Shown: piece after piece, positions 13,208-26,332 of the stretch | Numbering within the stretch: the first letter of the stretch is position 1 | Layout of the letters: every line of letters begins with the position of its first letter | NCBI GenBank assembly: GCA_045837725.1 | Contig: JBEWZL010000124.1 | Span: 62,001-126,000, forward strand | Length of the DNA: 64,000 nt | Direction: 5' to 3' | Origin: Vermamoeba vermiformis | Lineage: Eukaryota | Translations under genes and position numbers: made by a program | Notes under the pieces: generated by a model | The model's input: the letters and a program-made list of their open reading frames with translations, nothing else | Told to the model about the DNA's origin: nothing | Databases searched by the model: none

Positions 13208-13548
13208 TCTTTTTTGTAATGTAAGACGGGTTTTATAAACAATAAATATTTACAGCTAGCATCAAAATGTCTTTCGACTGTAATATAATACATTGTGCTA
13301 ATATATGGTAATATTAGCACGGGTGACTCGGGTTGGCAGTCCGGCGTACAGTTAATTTACATTAGTTTTACGCTGTGGGCAGGTGATGCGTGGGAAGTAT
13401 GGTGCGGAATATCGTGGATATAATGTATTATTCCGATGGGTTGTGGAGTTCTCCTGGTGGTCGTGGGTGTGGTTGTGGATGTACCAAAGTGTGATCGTGT
13501 ATTGAATTTTCTTTTGGCTTTCTCTTGGCTTCTTCGCAGAGTTCATAT

Positions 13549-15119
13549 TTACACTCGAGTGTTGATAGGGAATCTAGCATTGTTGAGTTTGTTACCGATC
13601 TGAGCGGTCAAAAATTGCTTGATCTCCGCAAAACTCTCGGAACTTTTATGATCTACGGATTTAATTCTGGGTTCTTGTGCATCATAACGTGCATCGGCTC
13701 CCTATTATCCAAATATGTTAATATTGTAATTTAAGTGATCTCGCTCGTTATTCTCGAGAAACATATGACGTTCAATAAATTTAAATCGATTAAATGTCGC
13801 TTGCTTACTCTTGATCTAATCTCCGACAATCTCACAGTCTCTTTCAATTTCTCTTCGCTCCATTTGCGAGGCAATTCTCCTTCACGGCTGAGCGATTTGT
13901 GACAATTCTTGGAGGTCTGGATGTGCAGACGGATCAAAGGCTCGATAGCTTTCGCGACCTCTTCTTCGATCATGTGAACTTCTTCAGCCTTGAGTTCTCG
14001 GCCCATAGAAGATGCCAAGGCGGTGGATAGCATATTAATCCAACACGTAATAATGTCTTCGAGAATTTTCGGGGTCACGCCGTATTGGCCGGATCCTGAT
14101 CAGTTTCGTTAATTAATTGTTACGAACGGGAAATTCCAAGCTTCCAAAGTGGGTAGTAAACAAGTCATATAAATCGTACTCCGATAGTCACGTAGTTGAG
14201 TCCCGTAAAAACTTTTTCGGAACGCAATCCACGATAAATTTCGCGATCAAGAATTCGGCATTTGACTCTGGCGTAACAAAAGAGCAAATTAAAGCTCCGT
14301 AATGACTTGTACGCGTAAAGGGAAGATAGTTATCGGTATAACGAAGTTAAATAAAGATAGAAAATGGTTTTCGGAAGATCAGATTTCGTACCTTGATAGC
14401 AGAAGAAGGCAAAGTCTCGTAAGTTTCCAACGACATTTTTCTCATATGTCTTCTCGAAGAAGCTTTCCTTAAACTTTTGCCACTGCTGTCGCTCTTCGGT
14501 AGATCGACTCAGATGCTGACGCCAGTAAATCTCGCTCAAAGCACCTGTAAAGACAATGAAATGAGTAAATTAGGAACTACATGTAAGAAGCCACCGATAT
14601 TTTGAATGAAAAACTGGCCACGAATAGTTGCGAAAACCCGAAAAAATTCAATCCGTTAGGCGGCATCCGCGACTTACCGAGCCAGGCGTCTTGAAATTGC
14701 TTTACAATCTCTCCGATAATGGAATATCGACTGCTGCTATCTAGGGCATGGCTGGCGAATGCATATTCGATGGCTGGCAATGACTCCAAGAATTGTCTAA
14801 TAAATCCGCGCCATTCGTTTGACAATTTGATGACGGACTTGCGCTTGGCTATTTCTTCTAGCTCTCTTTGACGCGACTCCTTCTCTAATTTGTACTTCAA
14901 CTGCTCGTATTTCTCTTTGTCGTCAAAGACATACTCCCAATTGTCTTCGATCACGGATTCGAAAAGACTGGGATCCGGTCCAGTACCTTCGGAGGGCGCG
15001 GTCGATGGTGCTGTAGCACTCCACCAATGAGGCAATAGCCACCCTAATATTCCGGGGCTTACTGCTGGCGAGTCAGGCAATAGGTTCTTCGCGTTCGAGA
15101 TTGGGATCGCTTGACTCAT
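13549..15119 (-). CDS. Hypothetical alpha-helical protein
   Basis: Four exons join in phase through GT-AG introns; no family recognised. Confidence 0.65.
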
Positions 15120-15612
15120 CTTTGCTTAGCTTGGTTCAATATAAATACGACTTACTTTTAGGTTCGAAGTCAGGCGTCCCGGACGTGTGGTGTTGTCTTC
15201 GAACGATTTAAATTTTTGAAAACCAGGACCATTTTTCGAGACCAAAACCAGATCGAGTGTACCAGTAGTTGGAATTTCATGGAATTTGCTAATAGTTTCG
15301 CCGTTTTTACCTTTGGAGCTCTTGCGTGAATGACTATCTGTGGCTAAAATTGCTTGAGCAAGGATTACGACGAATCTTTTTCGGACGCAGATGGAGCAAG
15401 TTCCATAACAGTCGCAGGAATTCCATCGTGGCCGCTGTTCGATATTCTATATTAGGGTTTTCGAGGAGGTATTGCCTGAAATATAAACTGAGTACATTTT
15501 AAAAAAGGAAGGATGTCAACCTTTTTTTGATCGCAAAGGATCCCGCAAAAGCAAAAGCGAAAATTGGTATGAAATTAATTTATATTGTTACGCATTATTA
15601 AGTTGATTACGT

Positions 15613-17829
15613 TTATCCGATTGCTCGATATCGATTACGCTTTTGGACAGTGCATCTCCACCACGAAACGGCGACAAGGGCCACAGCGACGACACCAATG
15701 GATACACCGATGATTATATCCACACGATGATCATCTATGGTAATAATAACGGATTAATATACCGATGGAGTAGTAAACCAATTCATTAACGAGTTTTCTG
15801 AATTTAGTCAAATTAGATCGCGTCGCAATTGCTTGACCAGTAAAGGTCCTTTTTTGTTATAAATGGCATATCGTTGCTCCAGATATACTACTTACTTCCA
15901 AAAAGTGGATTAGTGCTCGGTGCAAGACCGGTAGTGCCTAAAAAGTAAAGTGATCAGCTCGCGAGATCAGCTTGGAAATTTGGATTGCTTTCTTATCGAT
16001 TGTGACTACGCAATGATAACAATATACTCATGCATTATGAGACGTGATTTCCGTTATAGAACGTCTAAAAGCCACATAAAGAATTTTTCGTTCGGATGGG
16101 CTTACCATTTAAAGCGACGGGAGCGGCCACCGGCGTCAAAGGAGGCTCCGAAACTGGCGTAGAAATAGGTGCCGAGACAGGACTAAGAGGAGGCTCTTTC
16201 ACAGGTGGATTGACAGGAGGACTAACAGGAGTGGTGGGTGGATTCACTGGAGGTTCAACTGGTGGCTCGATCGGTGGTTGTACAGGCGTATGAGGCACTG
16301 GTGGGCTGGAGCAAGCAATAGTCCAGTTCGAAGTGCAATCAAACTCGTCAAAAGGACCCAAAGCATTGCCTTCAAAACACTTGCTCGAGGAACCGCACCA
16401 TCCGCACGATCGAACTTCCGGATTTTGATTCTGAACGCAAGTATCGCACGAATTGAACTTCTGGCAATCTATTAAATGGATTATTAACGAGTTAAAGTAT
16501 TTCTTGATTTGCCACGTCTTGAATCTGGCTTCAATCGTACCTGGGCAGGTCACGTTATGCCACGCGAGACAATGGTGCGTGAGGTCATTCACTTTGCCAT
16601 AAACACAGAAACTAGTGCGAAGAGGCTCGTTATCAAACGTGGGCACTGCTCCACCAGAACACCACGAACAATTTGGATCGGCAGTACATCCGTCGCAAGA
16701 ATTATGCGAACGGCATTGTTCTATAATACAACGTTATTAATAATCATATTTGCATATGTAGCATAGTAACGATCGTACCTGAACAGTTTTGGTAGTTCCA
16801 GTATTTGTCGCAAGTGCCGTTGGCGCAAGGTCCAGAGCCATCGAGTCGTGCCGCGAGACATTTGCCCGTGCTGCTGCACCAACCACAACTCAAGTCCTGC
16901 GTGCACGAGCTGCAATCCTTATGCTCGGAACATTGTTTTTTCGAGACTGAAGGCAGGTGACTTGGTGAATATGTGCAGCTATTAGATAATAGTTGTACTT
17001 ACTAGGACACATAGTAGGATTGACTACTGGGCAGTCGCAAGTGCCTGAAGCCATGCAGGCTTCTTTGCCGTCATTAGATGGCTCGTAGCATTTGTGCGTT
17101 TCGCGACACCAAGCACATCCGCGTGAGGCACACGTAGAACAATTTGCAATCGCTGAACAATTGAGTGTTGCTGCACAACGAAATGTCAGTTATAATTAGT
17201 GTCGCAAATAATATCAAAGATTAATATTATAAAGCCACCAAAGAATTTCTTGTCGATTTTCTGGCAGATCCAGATCGTTGTATTTTAATTATTGTCGAAT
17301 CTATGCAGTACTTACTCTTAGGACACAGATCAATCGATGTAACTGTACATTGTTGCGTGCAATTTGACGCTGAGATTGGGCTTGTTTGCAAGCACGTCAT
17401 TGTTGAAGAGCACCATTCACATCCACCCTTTTTTTTGGTCAGTTTCTTCGTTATTTTGCATATTTATATTACTTACAATATCGGCACATGTTATACAGTC
17501 TTTATTTGCTGTACAGGCATCTGGCCCTATTATAAAAATATAAATTAATAAAATTGATATTATTTAATTTTGGCGAAGCGTATAAACCATCTCCAAATTG
17601 TCTAGCATTCAATATATTTTTTGAAAGCATATTTTTTCGTATTAGCGAAAATTAAACCTTTCTAGCGAAAAATCTTGCAGATTACTCTGTATCTGCACAG
17701 TATGTCCATTTACGTACCAAAATTGAACGATCCGTTGACAATGTACATATTTACACATAATATAATAAATATTAATTTCCACGGCAAGCTCTTCCGTTGG
17801 ATTTGGATTTGGGTAAAGCTGATCGGCAT
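15613..17829 (-). CDS. Type I membrane protein with multiple PSI-like cysteine-rich repeats and Pro-rich stalk
   Basis: Signal-like N-terminus; CxxC..CGWC/CAWC repeats; PPVEPPVNPP stalk; TM segment IIIGVSIGVVAVALVAVSWW and short basic tail. Confidence 0.85.
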
Positions 17830-18200
17830 TGTAACGCTTTGCTTAATAACTCATTGCTATTGATATTATTTGATAAATATTTGAAGGCGATTCTTGCCTC
17901 TTCGCCTTGATAACGCCGTTAACAATATGATCTGAAAAAAACGGTCTGGCGAAAAAAGCGCTTGGCAAGTTCGGTTCACGTGTTAACACAAATCTTTTTA
18001 GATATACATATTAAACACAGCACAAATAAGGGTTAACAATTTGTGCTCAAACCTCCAGCAGAAGAAAAAGAAAATTAAACAGGTCGAAACAGCACATCCA
18101 CTACTGATTTATCTCATGGGATATTTGCCTAACTGAGGCAAGGATGAATTACAAGCTTATACGAAGATGAAATACAAAAGACTTCGTTTGGTATCAAAAT

Positions 18201-18715
18201 TTACAACGGTACAAAATTATTTTTTGGTATTTCCTTTCGAAATTTAGTGTTTTCACTGTTGGTGCTAGAGTTGCTCGAAAGATATAATATTGCATCTTTG
18301 TAGCGCGTTGCTGGGAATAAGTCCCCTTGATAGAGTTTGCAAAGCGGATGTGTTCCTTCCAGTCTCAACTGAACATCGTTGAACGCAGGCAAATAAGCCT
18401 AAATGTAAGTTAATGATATTTCACTGCAAACTAAATTGTTTTATAATTTATTCTCTCTAATTTACTGTATTAGGAAATAAGATTTGTTTATGATTAAAGA
18501 TTCCCACGAGACCGGACAAATCAGGAGCGAACAAAATTCCAATACAGCGAGCCCTGTCATATGTTGATGCACGACAATAGCTGAAACACGGATTGCACTC
18601 GTGCTGTAGCAGATCTGCCAATAACGATTTTGGTTTAATTTTTTGACACAACCGACAGACGGTTTGTTTTGTATTTGTGTTGAAAAGACCAGTGAACAAC
18701 AGATCCTATATATCA
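18201..18715 (-). CDS. Possible small spliced gene or relic, function unknown
   Basis: Two ORFs join in phase 0 (..FPNT|gtaaat..tttag|AYLPAFND); no convincing start codon found. Confidence 0.3.
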
Positions 18716-18809
18716 ATATTGTCACTACAAGATACATTTGAACACATAATGAAGCTATGGTACGAGGACAAAATCTTTTCCTAAATCCACATTATTTTAA
18801 TTATCAACC

Positions 18810-21800
18810 ATGCAGAACCAACAAGGGCGCAGAATACCACCAAGTCCACCTGCCATAATTAAAGTTCAGTCATTTATTAGACGACGTTTAGCCGGTTTGA
18901 CATTAGAAAGATTAGCGCGTAAGTCTGACAATTAAAATATTCGCAAATATACTGGCGGCATTCGCGTAATTACATTAGTTTTGATTTGAATAATTAAATT
19001 ATGCCATTATTATTGCATTTGATATCATTTTGAAAAATACGACTGACATAAAGAATTCTCACGCTTATAATTGATTATCGTAAAATACAGTGCATCGAAG
19101 GCAAAGAACAAGAGTGTGCTATGAAATATTCGAAACAGAAAAGGCATATGTAAAATATTTAGAACAATTAGGAAAGGTAATGTCAAAAATCTTCCAACTC
19201 GATCTAACTTTCGAACGTAATCTTTGACTATTTTCCCTGAAATTTTGATATGAATCGAATCATGTAGCAATACAATATCCATATCAAGAACAACAAATAA
19301 GTTATTCGGCTCACTAAATGTCATGTCCACTCATCTGGATTTGAGACCGGCGACCGGTATCATGTGAATAATAGCAAATTGGATATTGAATTGGTTTACT
19401 TCATGTTAGCATTAAAGACTTAAGCGGAAGATTACGTCCCAATACTCGAATAGTTAGATCTAGGGCGATCGAAAATAGAGAATCTCTAACACTTTGTATT
19501 ACAGTTTTATTTGCAGCCATTAATAGAAGCAGGACATGTAAAAAAGCAAGAGCACCTCAAATTGTTTAATATGGTAGATGACGTGCGGAAGATCAACCTC
19601 TTCATTTTAGCCGAACTGGAGAAACGATTAGGCAACTGGGAACGATTGCCTACTCGAGAACAAAGACTAGGCGATATATTTTCAAAGCTAGTAAGTCTAT
19701 TTTTATCTATTAAAGTGACCGAGCGTTGCGCGAGATTTTAGATCCTGCCTATCAGCCACTGACATGCCGAAAATCACAACATACCATTTATTTTAACTAT
19801 TAATGGATCCCATTCACTTAAAATGCCATTATATCGCTTAAACACCGTTTGATTCAATTATCTTACCGTTTTTTGTATCTCGCGCATCTCAGGACACAAG
19901 CTAGTAAATTCGTCCTAATACGCGTTTCAATTTGTATAGAGCTAGAATTACTTTGATAGCATTTGTTATTTATACTCGTAGCGCTTACTAACAATAATCT
20001 TGCAGTCACCGTTTCTCAAGATCTACTCGGACTATGTCTCTGAATATCAAAGCAATTTATCAGAGGTCAACAAACTTTTCGAGAAGAAGGCATCGTTTTT
20101 AAAGGCAAGTTGAATTTAAGTCTTTTCAGACTAGTTATAACGTACGAACAAATGTGGACCACTTGACGTCCCTTTTCCCAAAGTCACTTAACTACGGTCG
20201 TAATAGTTCACACGCTCATACTTCTTAATATAGAAATGCATGGATAAAGTTCCTGCGGATTACGATCAGCTCCAGACCGCGCAATTTCTATTAATCATGC
20301 CTGTTCAAAGGTACGCTCACAAACTTGAATATATGCGAACGATTGGCACTAATACATCGTTTTATTAGGATTCCGCGATATCAGTTGCTGATAGCAGTAA
20401 GAGAATTTCGGAAAAATAGTTATGGCGAAAAAGACTAATAAATTTATTAGGAACTGCTTAAGCACACCGCTTACGAACATTCAGATTATGCGGTAAGTAC
20501 TTGAACGTTAAAATATGACCTAAAGGTACACGGCTAAGACATAAATATTGTAGGAATTGACAAAGGCATTGGATGCGATTAAAGCGGCTGGTAGTAAAGT
20601 CGAAGAAGTCGTCAAAGAGCGCCAAAGCATCGAAAAGATATTAGAAATCAATAAGAAAGTTATTCGACCGAACAAGCGCGATTTGGTAAGCGAAAATTGA
20701 ACGAGATCTGATTTGTAACGGCTTGATAATCCTTCTAAAGCACTTAATGATGAATATACTAATACAATTATATAGCCTGAGTCATTTGTAGAGCTTGGCC
20801 GTAGCTATGTATATGAAGGCTCACTAATGAAGGTCTCTCATAAGAGCAATCAAGAACGATATATTTTCATATTCTCAGATGCAATTTTATACACGAAACA
20901 AATATCAAGCAGTGAATACGAAGGAAGGTTCTTCACTAGTTTAACCGGCACTTCAATTACAGACCTTCCTGATACTGGTATGTTTTCACATCTGCAACTT
21001 TGGATCCGTTACACGACGTTTAATGGAAACACTTAATTGCGATCTAATCAATTTAATATTATTCATGTAATTGACCATCTTTATAGCATTCGTTGAGATC
21101 CAAAATCGTATTTCTATTCAAACCCCAAAGAAGTCTGTTATCATGTACACGAAGACTCCTGCTGAGAAGAAAACATGGCTTGAACAGCTCAGAGGTGCCA
21201 TTGCCATGCACGAGAAGCAAGTTTCTAACGCTAACAACCGGAGGAAAAGTGTTAATGCTCGTCCTTGTAAGTACAAAGAGCTGGATCTAAATTTACGAAG
21301 AGTTGTTCTAACATTTTTTAGCGATGATTATGAGCGGGGATGACGTTAAGGATGCCTTAAAATTGAATCTGACACCGCGAAGCAATGTTAGCAGTCCTTC
21401 GGATAGTCCTAGAGATTTTCCTGTTAGATCTCCTTCAGCCGAAAATCAGATCATGCAACGATCACCTTCATCGCCTAATATGCAACGAGCACTCGCGCTG
21501 TCATTAGGAAACAATCGCAAGAGCATATCAAATGGAAACTCACCAGCTGTCCAACCGAAGTTCAATACGGTACAAGCGCGCAAGAACATCAAGCGAGCGC
21601 AGCTGCCCTCTGAAAATCAATGGCACTCTGATGAGCCTAGTTCTACGAATAGCTTCGCTTCAGGATCATCGGATAGTCCTAGATCCGGTGAAGAGTCCCC
21701 AAGGAAACTCAGCCCGAGAAGTGAAGGTGGTTCGCTGCGCAGTTCCAACGGCATTGTGGTCAGGACTGCCAGTCCATCGAGCAGTCCTCCAGGTACTGGC

Positions 21801-22743
21801 CACAAGATGCCCCCGAGACCTCCTCCAAGGATGAGTGTCAGCGGACCAATGGACGCGCAAGTCGTCGGCACACCACCGCTCGCAAGTCCTAAACAAACAC
21901 CAGCTGCAGTCCAACAACAAAGTGCAGTACCTGTTGGCCCATCACCTCGCACGCAGCTCACTAACAGCAACAACTCCATTCCACCGCCCATGTCACCAAA
22001 GACCAGTGGAGAGTTCTCACCGAGACCAACACCACCTGTCGCACAGCCCAAAGCCAATCAAGACGGACCAATGGCCATGAACGGACTTACACCACCGATG
22101 CCTCCTCGTCGTGTCAGTGTTGGTCCCAACGCAGTACCGCCACAGCCACCTCCAAAAGTCCCACCTAAGCAAGGTGTAGTTAATAACAGTCCTCTGCTGG
22201 CTGGAGCGAGGAAATCTGTGGCACCGGTCAACTCGCCTGGCAATCAAAGTCCAACCCTTCCCTCAGCTATTGGCAACACGTCTCCTCGTGGTAACTCGCC
22301 CAAGTTGGTACGTCTATTACTACTGCTCGTCTAATAGAGTGTTATTAACGAAATTGAATTTTTAGAGTCAAAGCACGAGTGCTGTTCCTCCGCCAACTCC
22401 ACCAAAGAAAAATGTCGTTCAAAGCCCTAAGGCACCTTTGGCTAAAGCACCGTTGGCCAAGGCTCCAATGCCTAAAGAACCTGTTGCTAATAGCGGACCT
22501 AACGCGACCTTTGCGGTCCCTGCAATTCCGCCGAAAAAGATGGCTATGCCGCCGAGTGGATCAAGCCCGAAATTGATTCAACGAGGACCCGCGTCAGAGC
22601 CACAACAACAAATGATGCAACAAAGACCATTAGCTAAGAGCATGGGTGTACAGTCCATGAATTCACATATGCGTCTCGGATCTGTTAGCGGACCTCCACC
22701 TGTCCCTGCAGCCCCGCCTAAGCGAACTCAAGTAACCAACTAA
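18810..22743 (+). CDS. RhoGEF (IQ-DH-PH) with long Ser/Pro-rich tail
   Basis: IIKVQSFIRRRLA IQ-like motif; DH motifs EIFETEKAYV, LGDIF, PFLKIYSDYV, LIMPVQRIPRYQLL; PH (YEGSL..ERYIFIFSDAILY..EKKTWL); PxxP-rich tail. Confidence 0.92.
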
Positions 22744-23051
22744 AAGACAACAAATAATTATTTATTGAAAATGCGAATGCGGAAAAAAATAGTAGGATAG
22801 TGCAGAACAGTCTAGTTAGAAGCTTTAAAGCTCTTTTTGTATCATTGTTGAAATTGTAATTGTATGATTAACTTTATGTAAATAAATCGAGATCCACGAC
22901 AAACACAGAATACGACCCAAGACGTATCAGCGAAACACATTCTTGTTAAATATAAAGTTCTCGTTGTGAGTCAAAAATCGAACAAAAGGGGACATGTGAT
23001 GATGTTATTTTCGGAGATTGCGCAGGTCTCAAGTAAAGTCTATAACATAGT

Positions 23052-23856
23052 CTATGATTTATTGTTGTGCGCAATAGCATCTATTCGTACATAGCCCCGA
23101 TAATGGCATTTACAAGGTTTCGTGTTAATTGCGTTCCAGATCTTTTGGATCGGGTACCAACCGACGATATGTGTCACATCGCATAGTAATACCATGTCAT
23201 GAGTGGGATTATATCCGGCAATAGGACTCCAATGACCTCCTTCGAAGGCGTAGCCAGGCAAATTGTCCACGAGGAAGTTGATTAAAATGAACGACGTTTT
23301 GGAAGCTAATGCGTCTTGCAAATGCTTTCTGAATGAATCGATAGAATGCTTATCTGCAGGATAATAGCTAGGTATTATTTTGAAGTTTGGAATGTTAAAA
23401 CCCGAGCTGAAGAGATGCAGATCTTCCAATGACATTCCAGACGCGTCTATCTTTGACCTTGGTACTTTGGATAATGTTTCTACTGTCATATAATGAAAGA
23501 TTGTGTCCTCTGGCAATTTACAATTAATTACATATTTAAAATGATTTGGAAATTATTCGCCAGCTTTACTCACCGCTCAAATCAATATTATTCGAGTCCG
23601 AATATACTAGGCACTCTAGGGTAACTCCTAGCGAGGTAATCCCGCAGTAAGTTTCGCCGATCTGTTTTCGATAAATTCTCTGCAGCCTGGGCCATTGCGT
23701 ATATCCTGCCTCAGTAGCTTCAACCAATAATTCTTTGCCTTCCGTACTGAAAACAGAAATCGCTTTCTTAATAGACTTGTAGTTTTTCTGTACGGAAATT
23801 TGAATTAAAACTCGTTCGTTCAACAAATCAACAACAGTACTGATGCTCACCTTCAT
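23052..23856 (-). CDS. Phytochelatin synthase-family protein, catalytic domain only
   Basis: FSTEGK, QIGETYCG, GMSLEDL, GGHWSPIAGY, LLCDV, RGYV: Cys-His-Asp triad. Confidence 0.88.
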
Positions 23857-24007
23857 CCTCTTCTCGTTGGTTAGTTAGCAACCGAAACTAAAATCAGTAA
23901 AGTTGCCTTAGATAACAGAAACTGCGAAATCAACCAGAACTGGATGGAGCAGTTGTCCTTTAGCGTAGACAATTCTTTTCTGAGTCAGTGTCGCGCAAAT
24001 TGGTTTT

Positions 24008-25269
24008 TTAGTTGAAGTCGATCAGTTGAAGTATGTACAATAAAATTAGGCCGTATAATAACCGGAATTTCGCTTCTTTGAACTGTTTTTTGCTGCCGTT
24101 GAACGATCCGAGCCAATCGAAGACAACAGCGCCACCAATTAATATAGATACTAATGACATTAATGGCGACATGATTAGCGTTGCAATGGCAAAGGAAGTT
24201 GGCGCTGAGATCACTGGATTCGTACTGGCTTTTTTGATGAACAGATCGTAGAGCACTGACAAGCCATAGCCCACCGCAGTTAGCAAAGCAGTTAATAGGA
24301 CATATTTTAGGCCATAACATAGGAACTGCATGCCGATAAACAAGATGATCCGGACCGGCAGTACGTGAGATCCGAGAAGACTGTTCTCCGCTAGTGTCAT
24401 CGGAAATAACATTAAGGGCATTTTGATTTGCAGCCAAACAGGCCAGGGATCTAATCGCCAGAATGCTAGCACCGACTTGGTTTGCAATAGATCGGCTAAC
24501 ACTGGTCTTGTCAGTACGAACAAGTTATCTACTACTGGCAGCAATGAAATAACCTAACATTGATTATTAAATAGTTGATACATATGTGCTATAAAAACGT
24601 TATATAACCTTTAATTAATTGATTAAAATTTTAAATCAAACGATAAACTGAGCATTGAATAAATAAAGGAAAAATCGTATTCTTTCGAAAAAGAATGCTT
24701 GGAATGATTTTTAGAGGCATTAATAAGATTTTGTTATTATATTGGATACTTACGGATAATACTAGCGTCAGCCAGGAAACTTTCTTCTGCGCCGTAGTAT
24801 CAATCTGACAATAATTCCATTTGCGATGCACAGCCTCGATTATGTAATAGTATAGCCATATAGGATCGTATATGATCGTATGAATAAAATCGAATAACGT
24901 GATTGGTCGCTTGAATAAATTAAGCTCGATCCAAGGTGTGTAACGAGGTAATTTTCCGCAGGCTGTGTCTTGCTTGAACGGCAATTCTATTCGTGAAAGA
25001 TAATGGCCGTGAATGTGGCGCTTTTTCATGAACGCGTACAGGAGTTTTGGTGAAAGCACGTGGTCGCCTGTAAGAAGCTCTGGATGTGTCTCCAAATAAA
25101 GTTTGTGCTCGGATCTCAGTTTGTCCAACCAGAATTTTCCTTTGCCTATGTCATTATACCATTTATGGCAAACACCAGAGAGCGCCAGCAGATCTTTTGT
25201 GTTTGCTTCTTCGATCGCGAGTCGCATGATTACTTGAAGCAATTCTGGAGGCAGAACAGCTTCATACAT
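24008..25269 (-). CDS. F-box protein with multi-pass hydrophobic C-terminus
   Basis: LPPELLQVIM..LLALSGVCHKWY F-box; one intron; second exon has several hydrophobic segments. Confidence 0.75.
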
Positions 25270-26332
25270 ATCCCTACAATAATTATTCTATTAATAAATC
25301 TGGAAAATCCTTAACTAATAATTTAAAATTTGGGAAACGGATCTTTAAATGTTACGCTCGTAAAAACTTTGTTTTAGCAAGCCCAATAAGCAAATAAATA
25401 TTTTAATAATATTACACGTATTATTAATAAATAAAAATATTATTCTTACGTTCTCTGAATATTTTTAAATCGCTTTTCTTTGACATTTCGGATCAAAAGC
25501 CAAATTGAAGTGTAAAAGCTGATAAACAGCAAGCAACTCGATGTTAATGGATAATCGACGACATAGTTCATAGCTGAATTCGCGTAATCATTGTTGATTT
25601 GCTCTTGTGTGTTGTTTTTGCTTGTAAAAAAGTATGAAAATTAATAATTATGCTGCTAATGACGTCACACGGTCGCCAAGCCTTCGAAAAAATTTAAATC
25701 TCCCCTACCAACTGTATTAAGTTAACATCTGGTGTAGAGAAGATCTAAATCCATTCTGTGGTTATGAAATCGTTGCAGTTAAGTAAATACTGCATGAATC
25801 TCCATATGTACGTAGGATATCCGATATGTTGTACCTGTTACTTTTTGGAGTACTTCCTCGTAAGTGGATGCGCCAACATCCACGAAATTATTTCAACCAA
25901 GCGACGAGTGCCATTAATTAAAACCCCTTCTCGATCATTGATTTTTTCCTGCTAAAATAACTCGCCAGCTCGCATTGCTGCAGATGGAGCGGCTAAGTCG
26001 GAAGCAAAAACGCGATCACCGACGCGATCCGCAACACACTCCACGTTAGCAACGGTATTGTTTCTTTAACCGTGCCTACGCTATTGTTTGTGTTAGAATT
26101 ACAGTAAGGAAGTGGCCCGCACAAAGTATTTGCCACGAATAAACTGAAAAGAAAAAAAAAGCGATTTTTAACCAAATATAGCAAAGCAACTGATTTAATG
26201 GTTTTTTACCTACCCACTACATAATGCATTTTCCTTGTATTCTGATTTTCTCGACTGGGGCCATATTGAATAAAAGGTGCCTGTGATTTAACCGGTGCAT
26301 TTATATAATAAAAAGATAATTGTGGTACAAGT

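Noticed and set aside
13352..13546. 64-aa ORF as the last exon of the 15119 gene
   Set aside because: In-phase splicing ends the gene at 13549; this is probably 3' UTR
15125..15185. GGTTCGAA resembling a tRNA T-loop/B box
   Set aside because: No cloverleaf stems can be formed
21532..22247. Several overlapping alternative-frame and antisense ORFs
   Set aside because: Expected shadows of the GC-rich Pro/Ser-coding RhoGEF exon
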